Shown here: piece by piece, positions 34,575-45,532 of the stretch | Position numbering within the stretch: the stretch's first letter is position 1 | Layout: each line of letters opens with the position of its first letter | Assembly: GCA_963755915.1 (NCBI GenBank) | Contig: CAVWLP010000002.1 | Location: 4,288,001-4,352,000 of the forward strand | Reading direction: 5' to 3' | Origin: an uncultured Phycisphaerales bacterium | GTDB lineage: Bacteria; Planctomycetota; Phycisphaerae; Tepidisphaerales; Tepidisphaeraceae | DNA: 64,000 nucleotides | Program-made: the position numbers and the translations under genes | The notes under the pieces: generated by a model | Database searches by the model: none | What the model was told of the DNA's origin: nothing | Seen by the model: only the letters and a program-made list of their open reading frames with translations

Positions 34575-36494
34575 ATGCGGACGAGGAAAAATACGAGGAC
34601 TACATTCTATATCGCGGCGGCAGCAGGCGCGGCGGCGCTGCTGGCTACCCATGCCAACGCACAAACAAATCTGCTCATTGACCCCGGATTCGCCGCCGGC
34701 GTTGACGGCGCTCCAGATGCTACTGCGGGCGATCAGGCCATGGGCGGGGTCGCGGGCGGTGGCGGAAGTGTCGTGCCATGGAATGGGTACAGCACTTTCT
34801 TCTATCCGTATTCGGCCTATTACACCGTCAGTGTTACGCCGCGTACGCCGGGCGATCAGGTCGGCAAGACCTTTGGCGGCGGCGGGACATACTCCGGCGG
34901 AATTTATCAAGTAATCAGTGGCGAATCACAGGGCGTTTATGGCGGGGATACCTATGTGGCCGCCGGATGGTTCGACGACGACGCCAGCGATCCGCTTTCG
35001 CCAGGCGCTACCGACCAGATTGAGCTGAACTATTATGCAGCCCCGGAATCGGCGGCAGGTTCACCGAACGGGACGCCACCCGAACAGGAATACACTTCTT
35101 CCTCTGCGTTCATGACAAGCACCGGCTATACGCCAAGCACATGGTTTCAGTTCAGCACCCCCGACGGTCCTACCGCGGTCACCGGTGGATTTGCGGTTTA
35201 TGGAACCCAGGCGCTGGAGTGGGAAGCGTTATACAGCGATCCGGGATATCAGGGCGGCTCACTTTTTGTCGATGACGCGAGCCTGATCGACACCACCCCC
35301 GTGTGGAACGGCGGTGGCGCTGATAATAACCTGATGACAAACGGCAACTGGAGCGCTGCAAGTGGGACTGGCGGGGCATCGACCGCCGTTGCGCCGGCTT
35401 CCCCCGACGGGCTGGTCTTCGACGGCACAACTAAAACGACTCCAAACAACAATTTCCCGACCGACACGACCTTCACCGGCATCCGCTTCGGTGCCCAGAT
35501 CGGTGAAAGTGCCGGATCAACGGGCGCCTTTACCCTGACCGGCAACGAGATCGATCTCGCGGGTGACATCATCAACAACAGCACGATCACTCAGACCATC
35601 AACATTGGCCTGGTTCTCTCCAATGGCGTCACCAACAACGTCAATATCAACGGCAACGGCGCGGGCACCGGCAATCTGGTCATCAACGGCGCCATCAGCG
35701 GCGGAAATTCACTCACCCTCCTTGGCCCCGGAACCGTAACCCTCAAGGGCGCAAACAGCTACTCTGGCGGCACCAACGTCGCCGCCGGCGAGCTCGTAAT
35801 TGGCGCAAACGGCGCGCTCCCCGCCAACAGCGCCCTCTCCATCACCGGCGGAACCGTCCAGCTCGGCCAGTCCACCGGGTTAGAAACACTCTCTTCCCTC
35901 AGCATCTCCACCAACGGCGTCCTCGACATCACCAACAACCACCTCATCATCAACTACGGCTCCGGCAGCGACCCCATTGCCTCCATCGTCGCCGCCATCC
36001 AGACCGGCTACACCAACGGAACCTGGACCGGCAACGGCATCATCTCTTCCTCGGCGCAGGTCAATACCAACGGCCTGCGCTACGGCGTCGGATTCGCCGA
36101 CGGCGCAGACGGCGTCGTCGTCGGCCTCTCCAGCGGCCAGATCGAGCTCAAATACACCCTGCTCGGCGACGCCAACCTCGACGGCAGCGTCAACGGCTCC
36201 GACTTCTCCATCCTCGCCGCCAACTTCGGCCTCGGCCGCACCAACTGGGACCAGGGCAACTTCCTGTTCAGCTCTTCGGTCAACGGCAGCGATTTCAGCG
36301 CACTGGCCGCCAACTTCGGCCAGGGCGACTCCGGCGCCGACTCATCCGTCACTCCCGCCGACATCGCCGCGCTCGACGCCTTCGCCGCCGCCAACGGCCT
36401 GCCGCTGCCAACCATCGCCGCCGTACCCGAGCCCGCATCCCTCGGGCTCCTCGCCACGGGCGCACTCTATTTCACCCGCCGCCGCCGGCGCTGA
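34575..36494 (+). CDS. PEP-CTERM protein: CBM-like head, autotransporter-type beta repeat, dockerin-like module
   Basis: Signal peptide (..HANA); 'NLLIDPGF...FVDDASL' head; 'VTLKGANSYSGGTNV'; TLLGDANLDG; VPEP-TM-RRRR. Confidence 0.88.
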   Translation: MRTRKNTRTTFYIAAAAGAAALLATHANAQTNLLIDPGFAAGVDGAPDATAGDQAMGGVAGGGGSVVPWNGYSTFFYPYSAYYTVSVTPRTPGDQVGKTFGGGGTYSGGIYQVISGESQGVYGGDTYVAAGWFDDDASDPLSPGATDQIELNYYAAPESAAGSPNGTPPEQEYTSSSAFMTSTGYTPSTWFQFSTPDGPTAVTGGFAVYGTQALEWEALYSDPGYQGGSLFVDDASLIDTTPVWNGGGADNNLMTNGNWSAASGTGGASTAVAPASPDGLVFDGTTKTTPNNNFPTDTTFTGIRFGAQIGESAGSTGAFTLTGNEIDLAGDIINNSTITQTINIGLVLSNGVTNNVNINGNGAGTGNLVINGAISGGNSLTLLGPGTVTLKGANSYSGGTNVAAGELVIGANGALPANSALSITGGTVQLGQSTGLETLSSLSISTNGVLDITNNHLIINYGSGSDPIASIVAAIQTGYTNGTWTGNGIISSSAQVNTNGLRYGVGFADGADGVVVGLSSGQIELKYTLLGDANLDGSVNGSDFSILAANFGLGRTNWDQGNFLFSSSVNGSDFSALAANFGQGDSGADSSVTPADIAALDAFAAANGLPLPTIAAVPEPASLGLLATGALYFTRRRRR

Positions 36495-36734
36495 ACCCCA
36501 AACCAATATCGGAGAACCAGCAATCGTTGCAACCGATCATCGAAACATCGCACACAAATTCATCCATGAAGGTCTTCCCGATCCGGTATTATCGTGGGAC
36601 TCATCCGGGGGTGCGCAAACTTCTTCCGCCGTGAAAATTGAAATCGCCGTAACTTCCGGATTTAAAATGCCTACAACGCTCTGGTCTTGTGGTAGAATCG
36701 ATGCGCGGACATCGCGATCGGTCCGGGCTGCTTT

Positions 36735-39700
36735 ATGACCGTCTCCTCCACCATCCGCTCTCTCACATCGCCCGCCGATGAGCTCGAAGGATTCGTCCTC
36801 CTCGACGGCGTCGATATGTACCGCATCCCCGATTTCGACCGCCTCCCCCCTTTCCTCATCGCCGTCACCAGCGAGTCCGACCTCTGGATGTACGCCTCTT
36901 CCGCGGGCGGCGTCACCGCCGGCCGCATCGACCCCGACCACGCCATCTTCCCCTACGAAACCGTCGATCGCCTGCACGATTCCCACGGCATCACCGGCCC
37001 GCAATCCCTCTTCCGCGTTTCCCGCCCGGGCCACCCCACCGTGCTCTGGGAACCCCTGGCCATCCAGAACCGCTCCCCGCTCACCACCCGAAACCTCTTT
37101 AAAAATGCCCTCGGCAACCGCCTCATCTTCGAGGAAATCCACCACCAACTCCGCATGACCTTTCGCTTTGCCTGGACCACCAGCACCCGCTGGGGATTCG
37201 TCCGCACAGCCCGGCTCATCAACAATGACGAAGATTCCCCCGCCCGCGTCGAAATCCTTGACGGGCTGCTCAACATTCTCCCCGCCGGCGTCTGCCTCTC
37301 CATGCAGCAAACCCTCAGCTCTCTCGTCGACGCCTACAAGCAGAGCGAAATCGACCCCGAAACCGGCCTGGCCATCTACTGCCTGACTTCTCTCGTCAAT
37401 GATCGTCCCGAGCCGCTCGAAGCGCTCACCGCCACCACCGTCTGGACCCGCGGCCTGACCGGCGCTTCCATCCTGCTGCGCGACGACCTCCGCCGCGCCT
37501 TCCGCGAACGCGCCGACCTCCACCCCACCCCCCGCGTCAACGGCCGCCGCGGCGCTTTCCTTATCCACCACACCGCCCAGCTCGATCCGCGCCAGCATCT
37601 CGAATGGGACATCGTCTGCGACGCCGACCAGGACCACCGCGCCGTCGCCTCCACCCGCGCCCTCCTTCGCCAGGACGCCCAGCAGATCCGCTCCCAGATC
37701 CGCGACGACTGCCGCCGCAGCGAAATCGGACTCCTCAAAATCGTCGCCGAGGCCGACGGCCTTCAGTTCTCCGGCCAGAAAATGGCCTGCTCCCACCACC
37801 TCGCCAACGTCCTCTTCAACTCCATGCGCGGCGGAATCCCCCTCGACCAGGGAAAAATCCACGCCGAGCTTTTCCGCCAGTTCGTCGCTTCCCGCAACCT
37901 CCCCGTCTTCCGCGTCCATACCGATCTCCTCAACAATCTGCCGAACAGTTTCGACGTTCCCCAACTGATCGAATTCGCCGTCGCGGCCTCCGTCCCCGAT
38001 CTTTCGCGCCTGGCCCACGAATATCTCCCCCTCTTCTTCAGCCGCCGCCACGGCGATCCCAGCCGCCCGTGGAATCTCTTCGCCATCCATCTCCGCAACC
38101 CCGACGGTTCCGCACGCGTCGACTACCAGGGCAACTGGCGCGACATCTTCCAAAACTGGGAAGCCCTGGGAGTTTCCTTCCCTTCCCTCATCGAAAGCTT
38201 CATCGCCAAGTTCGTCAACGCCTCCACCATCGACGGCTTCAACCCCTACCGCATCACCTCCCGCGGAATCGACTGGGAAGCCCCCAGCCCCGATCACTCC
38301 TTCGGCCACATCGGCTACTGGGGCGATCATCAAATCGTCTACCTGTTAAAACTCCTCGAGCTCTCCCGCGACTTCCACCCCAACCAGCTCGAATCCTGCC
38401 TCACCTCCGAAATCTATAGCTACGCCCGCGTCCCCTATCGCCTCGACACTTACAGCGCCATCCGCCGCAACCCGCGCCAAACCATCCTCTGGGACGAAGC
38501 CCTCGCCGCCCAGATCGATCGCCTCGTTCAGGAAGAAGGCGCCGACGGCAAGCTCCTTCGCAACCATTCCGGCCAGGTCTATCACGCCTCGCTTCTCGAA
38601 AAACTTCTCGTCCCCCTCCTCTCCAAGCTTTCAAACCTGGTCCCCGGCGGTGGAATCTGGCTCAACACCCAGCGCCCCGAATGGAACGATGCCAACAACG
38701 CCCTCGCCGGCTTTGGCCTCTCCGTCGTCACCCTCGCCTACCTCCGCCGCTACGTCGATTTCCTGCAGACCCTTTTTGCCACCGTAAAGTCCGAGCCCTT
38801 CTGGCTCTCCGCCGAACTCGTCGATTGGTCCATGGACGTCCGCCGAATCCTCGCGCTCCACCAGCCGATTCTCCACAGCCAGACCATCTCCCCCGAAGCC
38901 CGCTCCGCCGTCATCGACGAACTCGGCTTCGCCTTCGAGCACTACCGGCGCGAAGTCTACCCCGCCGGCTTCTCCGGCAAGCGCACCTGCGAAATCGACT
39001 CCCTCCGCGAGCTCCTCGCCCTCGCGCTCCGCTATATCGACCATTCTCTCGCCGCCAACTGGCGACCCGACGGCCTTTTCCATTCCTACAACCTCCTCGA
39101 GCTTTCCGAGCGCCCCAACCGCGCCTCCATCCGCCCCATGCACGAAATGCTGGAAGGCCAGGTCGCCCTCCTCAGCTCCGCCACCGCCGACCCCGCTCGA
39201 TCCATCTCGCTGATCGATGCCATGTTCAACAGCCACCTTTACCGCGCCGATCAGCAGACGTTCATGCTCTATCCCATCCGCGAAATCCCCGGCTTCCTGG
39301 AAAAGAATATCATCCCCCCCGCCGCCGCAAGGTCGAGCCCCCTGCTCTCGGTCCTCCTGGCCTCCGGCGCAAACGACATCGTCTGCAAAGACGCCGCCGG
39401 CGTTGTCCGCTTCAACCGCGATTTCCGCAACCGCGGAAACCTCCAGCAGGCGCTCGATCTCCTCTCCTCCGACCCCGCGTGGAAAAATCTCGTCGCCCGT
39501 CACGGCCAGGAAATCGCCGAACTCTACGACAAAATCTTTGCCCACGACGCCTTCACCGGCCGTTCCGGCGCGATGTACGCCTTTGAAGGCATCGGCTGCG
39601 TCTACTGGCACATGGTTTCCAAGCTCCTCCTCGCCGTCCAGGAAACCTTCTGGCGCGCCGTCGATTCCGGAGCGACCCCCTCCCAGATCGACGCCCTCGC

Positions 39701-40220
39701 CGACGCCTACTACCGCGTCCGCGTCGGACTCCAGTTCAACAAATCCGCCCACGACTTCGGCGCCTTCCCCACCGACCCCTATTCCCACACCCCCCTCGAA
39801 GGCGGCGCCTCCCAGCCCGGCATGACCGGCCTCGTCAAAGAAGAAATCCTCACCCGCCTGGGCGAATGGGGCCTGCGCATCAAGACTGGCCAAATTCATT
39901 TCACCCCACGCCTATTGCTCCGCAACGAACTCCTGGCAAAGCCCGCCACCTTCTCCTATTTCTCCCTGGCAGGCCCCATCGCCACCATCGACCTTCACCC
40001 CAACATGGCCGCCTTTACCTTCTGCCAAACCCCCATCGTCTACCGCGCCGACGAATCCGCCCCCGCTCTCTCCCTCACCGTCATCCGCACCGGCGGCATC
40101 CGTCACCACCTCGACGCCAGCACCCTCGGCCCCAAGCTCTCAACAGAAATCTTCCGCCGCACCGGCGCTGTCTCCCGCGTCGAAGTGACAATTCCATCAA
40201 AGATTCTACGCCCCGACTAA
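36735..40220 (+). CDS. Probable GH149 beta-1,3-glucan phosphorylase (cytoplasmic)
   Basis: 1161 aa with no signal peptide. Motifs FSRRHGDPSRPWN, YQGNWRDIFQNWEAL, IGYWGDHQIVYL, QRPEWNDANNAL and FPTDPYSHTP are recalled as typical of GH149; beta-1,3-glucanase neighbours agree. Confidence 0.78.
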   Translation: MTVSSTIRSLTSPADELEGFVLLDGVDMYRIPDFDRLPPFLIAVTSESDLWMYASSAGGVTAGRIDPDHAIFPYETVDRLHDSHGITGPQSLFRVSRPGHPTVLWEPLAIQNRSPLTTRNLFKNALGNRLIFEEIHHQLRMTFRFAWTTSTRWGFVRTARLINNDEDSPARVEILDGLLNILPAGVCLSMQQTLSSLVDAYKQSEIDPETGLAIYCLTSLVNDRPEPLEALTATTVWTRGLTGASILLRDDLRRAFRERADLHPTPRVNGRRGAFLIHHTAQLDPRQHLEWDIVCDADQDHRAVASTRALLRQDAQQIRSQIRDDCRRSEIGLLKIVAEADGLQFSGQKMACSHHLANVLFNSMRGGIPLDQGKIHAELFRQFVASRNLPVFRVHTDLLNNLPNSFDVPQLIEFAVAASVPDLSRLAHEYLPLFFSRRHGDPSRPWNLFAIHLRNPDGSARVDYQGNWRDIFQNWEALGVSFPSLIESFIAKFVNASTIDGFNPYRITSRGIDWEAPSPDHSFGHIGYWGDHQIVYLLKLLELSRDFHPNQLESCLTSEIYSYARVPYRLDTYSAIRRNPRQTILWDEALAAQIDRLVQEEGADGKLLRNHSGQVYHASLLEKLLVPLLSKLSNLVPGGGIWLNTQRPEWNDANNALAGFGLSVVTLAYLRRYVDFLQTLFATVKSEPFWLSAELVDWSMDVRRILALHQPILHSQTISPEARSAVIDELGFAFEHYRREVYPAGFSGKRTCEIDSLRELLALALRYIDHSLAANWRPDGLFHSYNLLELSERPNRASIRPMHEMLEGQVALLSSATADPARSISLIDAMFNSHLYRADQQTFMLYPIREIPGFLEKNIIPPAAARSSPLLSVLLASGANDIVCKDAAGVVRFNRDFRNRGNLQQALDLLSSDPAWKNLVARHGQEIAELYDKIFAHDAFTGRSGAMYAFEGIGCVYWHMVSKLLLAVQETFWRAVDSGATPSQIDALADAYYRVRVGLQFNKSAHDFGAFPTDPYSHTPLEGGASQPGMTGLVKEEILTRLGEWGLRIKTGQIHFTPRLLLRNELLAKPATFSYFSLAGPIATIDLHPNMAAFTFCQTPIVYRADESAPALSLTVIRTGGIRHHLDASTLGPKLSTEIFRRTGAVSRVEVTIPSKILRPD

Positions 40221-40343
40221 CCGCTGCCCCGGCGCTTTTCGTTCGGCATTTGGCAACCAGAAACTGCCCTCCGGGCAGATGGCATCCAGCCGATGCGGTG
40301 TACCGCTCCTCGCCTCCGGCTGCGGTTCGGCAATCGGCAATTC

Positions 40344-41471
40344 CTAAAGATTTCCCACCCGATGCCCCTTCCGATACGCCGTCGGCGTCATCGCCAGATG
40401 CTCGTGAAATACCGTGCTAAACCTCACCCCGCTGGCAAACCCCGATTGCTCCGCCACGTCCGGGATCGGCAGGCTCGTCTCTCGCAGCAGCTTGCACGCC
40501 CGGTCCAGGTGTACCCGCCGAATCTCATCCAGCAGACTCCTCCGCATGACGCGCTTAAACCGCCGCTCCAGGTTCCGCCGGCTCATCGCCACTTCTTCCA
40601 GCACGTCCTCCACGCTGATTCGTTCGTTGGCCCGCCGCCGGATAAACTGCGCCGCCTCCGCGACCACTTCATCCTCGATGCTCATCACGTCGGTCGAGTG
40701 CCGCGTAATCACCCCATTCGGCGGAATCTCCATCGGCGACCCTTTCACCGATTTTCCGTTCATCAGGTCCTCCAGCATCTTCGCCGCGGCGAACCCCACC
40801 CGCTCGGCCCCCAGCTCGATGCTCGACAATGTCGGCCGCACCATCTCCGTCAGAAAGACGTCGTTGTCCACCCCCAGCACCGCGATCTCCTCCGGAACCG
40901 AAATTCCATTCTCCCGGCAGATGTCGATCGCATGCCATGCATACCGGTCGTTCGCCGCCAATATCGCGCAAGGCCGCGGCAGCGACATGATCCAATCCCG
41001 CGAAACAACATCCACCTCCGTCGAAGCGCTGAAGAAAGCTTTTTCCCCCCGGCACTCGGCCCCAAACGCCTCCTGCCGCAGCTTCGACCACGACGCCGTC
41101 GGATGCCCGCAAAATCCGAACGAGCGGAACATCCTTTCCCAGAAATACTCAAACGCCATCTTCCCCACCGCCGCATCGTCCGGCAAAACCGTCGGGACCT
41201 TGGCGGCCTGAAGCTGCCGAGCCGATAGCGTCCGCGCCGCGTTCACCATCGGCACCTTCCCCTTCTTAAACCGCTCGATGCTCCGCATCCCATGCACCAT
41301 CGCGATGATCCCATCCGCCCCGCCCGTCTGCGGCGTCTTCGACGAGAGCGAATACATCGGCGGCATGATGAACTCCCAGTCCGCCCGCAAGTTCGCATAA
41401 GCCATCACCCCGCGCAGCACCCCCCTGCCGTAACTGCCCGCAAACTCGACCTGGATTCCGATTCGAATCAT
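40344..41471 (-). CDS. XylR-family transcriptional regulator (periplasmic-binding-protein-like sensor + AraC HTH)
   Basis: SYGRGVLRGV, AILAAND, IAVLGVDND and PTLSSIEL motifs; C-terminal SRRNLERRFKR..A..LL.ET...VAEQSGF..MTPTAYR. Confidence 0.9.
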   Translation of the reverse strand: MIRIGIQVEFAGSYGRGVLRGVMAYANLRADWEFIMPPMYSLSSKTPQTGGADGIIAMVHGMRSIERFKKGKVPMVNAARTLSARQLQAAKVPTVLPDDAAVGKMAFEYFWERMFRSFGFCGHPTASWSKLRQEAFGAECRGEKAFFSASTEVDVVSRDWIMSLPRPCAILAANDRYAWHAIDICRENGISVPEEIAVLGVDNDVFLTEMVRPTLSSIELGAERVGFAAAKMLEDLMNGKSVKGSPMEIPPNGVITRHSTDVMSIEDEVVAEAAQFIRRRANERISVEDVLEEVAMSRRNLERRFKRVMRRSLLDEIRRVHLDRACKLLRETSLPIPDVAEQSGFASGVRFSTVFHEHLAMTPTAYRKGHRVGNL

Positions 41472-41476
41472 GTGGA

Positions 41477-41504
41477 TGCCGCAAAACGTTTAATTATTTA
41501 CGCA
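41477..41504 (+). promoter_or_regulatory. Putative XylR/AraC-type operator in the divergent regulator/prepilin promoter
   Basis: TGCCGCA AAACGTTTAATT ATTTACGCA; TAGTAT -10-like hexamer at 41537. Confidence 0.75.
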
Positions 41505-41612
41505 AAATAGCGTCACACCCCCCCTTTGGCAAATCGTAGTATTCGTGCGTCGCCCCTAAGGCGGCGGCACACGTTTTCTGGGCGACATACGCAGGCGGCT
41601 GAGGAAACAAAT

Positions 41613-42611
41613 ATGAGTCTCGACTATGCAACGCGGGTAAGCGCTCGATCAACTGCAATCCAATTCCCCGCAAATTCCCCGAAACCCCGCCCCGCCTTTA
41701 CGCTCGTAGAACTTCTGGTTGTTATTGGCATAATCGCTATTCTCATTGCCGTTCTACTGCCGGCGTTAAACAGGGCCAGGGAACAGGCAAACTTGATCAC
41801 CTGCCAGACCCACCTTCGCCAGATAGGACAGGCCATTCTGCTTTATACGATAGACAATCAGGGATACCTCCCCTTCGGCTACAGCAACGGCGCCTCAACC
41901 CCGTTGGGTGCAGCAAATAATAACAATGCATCAGACTGGAGTACCCTGCTAATTAATGAAATGTCGTCCAATCACGGTAATACGTATGGCACGCAGGGCA
42001 CCGGAGCCTTGAGCTTCAATCGAGGCGTCTTCCTGGACCTCGACACGCCGGGAGTCGGAGACGCCCCTCTTAATTACTCCTGCCACCCTCGGCTCATGCC
42101 TAGCCTAAGCGACCGGGACGATTACAGAAACCCCCCTATTCAAGCGGAGAAGATCACCCTGACTCCGTACAAGCTCGCTCAGGTTCAGCGGTCCTCCGAA
42201 ATAATTCTCATCTTCGACGGGGTACTTTGCACCACTAACGGAAGCGATAATGACTTCCATTATTTCGGTGCCGCGTCTACCGGTTACGCAATTGACGACT
42301 ACCGCCTATATCAAGTACCCGCAGGCGAGCCCGGCTACACGCTGGAGCAAAACGCCACCTATCTTCTCTTCAATCAATGCGGCACAAATGGAAGCCCCAT
42401 CGATGCCGGCACCAATATGGACGATCCGAATGACATAAGCCAGGCCTTTCCCAGTGAGCCTACGCAGGTAGGATTTCCAAGATTCCGTCACATGGGCAAC
42501 AAGGTGGGAAATTTCCTCTTCTGTGACGGCCACGTCGAGTCTCGAGCTTACAAGAGCCGATACCAAAACGAAATCCTCAGGCGAAACGTCAACGTTAACC
42601 TGAATCCCTAA
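41613..42611 (+). CDS. Prepilin-type N-terminal methylation / DUF1559-like protein
   Basis: [35 protein letters not shown]-terminal RH...[10 protein letters not shown]. Confidence 0.92.
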   Translation: MSLDYATRVSARSTAIQFPANSPKPRPAFTLVELLVVIGIIAILIAVLLPALNRAREQANLITCQTHLRQIGQAILLYTIDNQGYLPFGYSNGASTPLGAANNNNASDWSTLLINEMSSNHGNTYGTQGTGALSFNRGVFLDLDTPGVGDAPLNYSCHPRLMPSLSDRDDYRNPPIQAEKITLTPYKLAQVQRSSEIILIFDGVLCTTNGSDNDFHYFGAASTGYAIDDYRLYQVPAGEPGYTLEQNATYLLFNQCGTNGSPIDAGTNMDDPNDISQAFPSEPTQVGFPRFRHMGNKVGNFLFCDGHVESRAYKSRYQNEILRRNVNVNLNP

Positions 42612-42777
42612 ATGATCACGCCGGAAAATTAACTTACTGATTCCACCGCCTCTCCCTTTTCTATATCAAAGCCCCCGGCGCACCAGACCACCTAGTGCGT
42701 CTCTCATTCCCGGAAAACCTTCCCCGATTTCCCCTTCTTCCCCTTTCCCGCATCAAATTTCTCCCTTTGCGTCTTCA

Positions 42778-42805
42778 TGCCGCATTCCATTAAATGATTT
42801 ACGCA
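42778..42805 (+). promoter_or_regulatory. Putative XylR/AraC-type operator
   Basis: TGCCGCA TTCCATTAAATG ATTTACGCA upstream of the PEP-CTERM gene at 42909. Confidence 0.75.
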
Positions 42806-42908
42806 AAATGGGATGGTGATCCGCCTGAACTGCCTTATCTTATCCGTCGTACAAATCGCTCCGGGCTGGCACCCGCAGCAGGTCATTTCAAACACTTGGA
42901 GGAAAGAG

Positions 42909-43628
42909 ATGCGAGGCCCAATCTTCTCACGTACCGCGTACCTTACGGCCGCCGCTCTGTTCGCTTTCGCGGCACGCTCCCATGCGGCTATCGTCACCGT
43001 CAGCTCGGCAACCATGACCGACGCCTACATGGCCTGGACACCGCTGCCCGGAAACACCGTTGGCGGCGCCAGCGCCGGCGGCTGGAGCGTCGGCGCACTC
43101 GACGCCAGCTTCGACGTCACCGGCGAAACCGTTACCGTCAGCCCCAACACCAATATCGCCGACACTGCTGCCGGTAGCACCTACTGGTTCATCGGCGGCA
43201 ACACCAACGACCCCGGCCAGCTTATGGACGCCAGCCTCTACGCCGAAGTCGACAGCATCACCGACCTCAATTGGACCTTCAACTACAACGTCCTCTCCAA
43301 CACTTTCCAGTTTCCGCCAATGACCTCCTCCAACGCCTTCATCAAGGCCTTCGCTCCGGGCTATGCCTACATCGGCGAAGTCGACGCGCCATTGACCGTC
43401 GGCACGGGCAGCCTCACCTTGAATCCCTCAACCCCCGGCTTCTCCAGCCTCGCCGCCGGCGACATCATCCAGTACGGTTTTGAAACGGTCGGCCCCGACC
43501 TGACCGACAGCGCCGCTGCCGCCGCAGGCAACGCCGTCATCACCGCGGTCGTCCCCGAGCCAACCACCTGCACAATCCTGCTCGGCCTGGCGGGTGGTTA
43601 TCTCCTCCGGAGGAAACGGACTGCCTAA
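42909..43628 (+). CDS. Small PEP-CTERM protein (no dockerin module)
   Basis: GGAGG RBS; signal peptide (..RSHA); ends VPEPTTCTILLGLAGGYLLRRKRTA. Confidence 0.88.
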   Translation: MRGPIFSRTAYLTAAALFAFAARSHAAIVTVSSATMTDAYMAWTPLPGNTVGGASAGGWSVGALDASFDVTGETVTVSPNTNIADTAAGSTYWFIGGNTNDPGQLMDASLYAEVDSITDLNWTFNYNVLSNTFQFPPMTSSNAFIKAFAPGYAYIGEVDAPLTVGTGSLTLNPSTPGFSSLAAGDIIQYGFETVGPDLTDSAAAAAGNAVITAVVPEPTTCTILLGLAGGYLLRRKRTA

Positions 43629-43704
43629 AATAGGAATTGTCTTCAGCCGTTGAAATGTAAGTCGCGTGTTTCCAAAATTTGTTTCAGGAAGTTCGCAACC
43701 GAAT

Positions 43705-45527
43705 ATGTACTCGCATGCGACTCGTCTCCGGCTGGCCTTCGTTCTCCTGGCCGTTGCAGCTATTTCGCCCTCCTACGCTGCCTCGGACCCGGACGCCCCC
43801 TCACACGTCCAGCTCCGCAAGACCGACAACGGCTGGACGATCCTCCGCGAAGGCCAGCCCTTTTTCATCCAGGGCGCCGGTGGCGACGGTTCGAGACAGC
43901 TCCTGAAAGATTGCGGCGGGAACTCCTTTCGCCTCTGGGGAGCGGATGACATCGGGCCCCAGCTCGACGAGGCACAACGCCTGGGGCTCGCTGTCACCGT
44001 CGGCATCTGGCTCGAGCACGCCGGTGGGCCAAACCACTTCGACTACCACGACCCCGCCCAGGTCGCCCACCAACTCCAAAAAGTCCGCGACGCGGTAGAG
44101 CGCTACAAAAATTACCCCGCCGTTCTAATCTGGTGCGTCGGCAACGAAATGGAAGGCTACGCCGACGGTGGTGATCCCGCCGTCTGGAAAGCCGTCGAAG
44201 ACGCTGCCGCCGCCATCCATCAGCTCGACCCCAACCACCCCACCATGACCGCTATCGCCGAGATCGGCGGCAAGCGCGTCCCCTCCATCAATCAATATTG
44301 CCCCGACATCGACATCATCGGCGTCAACACCTACGCCGGCGGCCCCTCCCTCGCCTCCCGCTATCGCGCCATGAACCCAACCAAGCCCTTCCTCATCACC
44401 GAGTTCGGCCCAGCCGGCACTTGGGAAGTTCCCCTCAACTCCTGGGCGCTCCCGTCGAACCCACCAGCACCGCCAAGGCGGATGAATACCGCGCCACCTA
44501 CGAAAACTCCGTTCTCCCCGAAAAAAATCGCCTCTGTCTTGGCTCCTACGCCTTCCTCTGGGGAAACAAGCAGGAAGCCACCGCCACCTGGTTCGGCATG
44601 TTCCTCCCGGATGGCACCCGCCTCGAACCCGTCGACGCCATGACCCAACTCTGGACCGGCAATCCCCCGCAACAACATTGCCCGCGCCTCCAGCCGATTT
44701 TGGTTGATCACGCCGACGCCAACCCCGGCCAAACCATCCACGCCACCCTCGACGCCACCGACCCGGATGGCAACCCGCTCATCGCCCACTGGGTCCTCAC
44801 CCGCGACGCCGCTGTCTACAAAACCGCCGGCCAATTCCAGGCCGCTCCCAAAAGCCTTCCCGACGCCATCCTCTCCGCCGACATCCGCACCGCGCAAATC
44901 CGCATGCCCACGAGCCCCGGCCCCTACTGGCTCTACGCCTACGTCTACGACGGCCACGGCCGTGCCGCCACCGCCGTCGCCTCCCTGCGCGTTCACGAGC
45001 CATCCGCGCCGTCATCAGGCCACTCCGTCCAGCTCCCCCTCGTCCTCTATTCCGACGATCCCCATCCTCCCACCTTTGTCCCCTCCGGCTGGATGGGCGA
45101 CATCCCCTCCCTCGCCCTCGACGAAAAATGCACCACCTCTCCCCACGCCGGCGATCACTGCCTCAAATGCCAGTTCAAATCCGACACCGGCTTCGGTGGA
45201 ATCGCCTGGCAGAATCCCCCCAACGACTGGGGCGATCAGCCCGGTGGCTTCGATCTCACCGGCGCAACCAAGCTCACCTTCTGGGCCCGCGGCGAAGAGG
45301 GTGGTGAAGTCGTCTCCTTCAAGCTCGGCATCCTGGGCGAGGGCAAAAAATTCCCCGACTCCGACCATGCCGAGCTTCCCGATGTCTCCCTCACCCAGGA
45401 CTGGAAACAATATTCCATCGATCTGGTCGGCAAAGATCTCTCCCGAATCAAAACCGGCTTCGTCTGGGTCACCACGGCCACCGGAAAACCCGTGACCTTT
45501 TACCTCGACGAGATTCAGTACGAGTAG
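43705..45527 (+). CDS. Secreted clan GH-A TIM-barrel hydrolase (GH158/GH2-like) with C-terminal CBM-like domain (frameshift near 44445)
   Basis: Signal peptide; 'GQPFFIQGAGG..GGNSFRLWG'; acid/base WCVGNE; nucleophile ITEFGP; C-terminal 'LTFWARGEEGGE..FYLDEIQYE' beta-sandwich. Confidence 0.78.
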
Positions 45528-45532
45528 ACGTT

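Noticed and set aside
36537-39899. Long antisense or overlapping ORFs (e.g. 36537-38333, 38631-39899, 19367-20887, 61712-63388, 47385-48647)
   Set aside because: Shadow frames of high-GC, biased-codon genes, with no motifs of their own.
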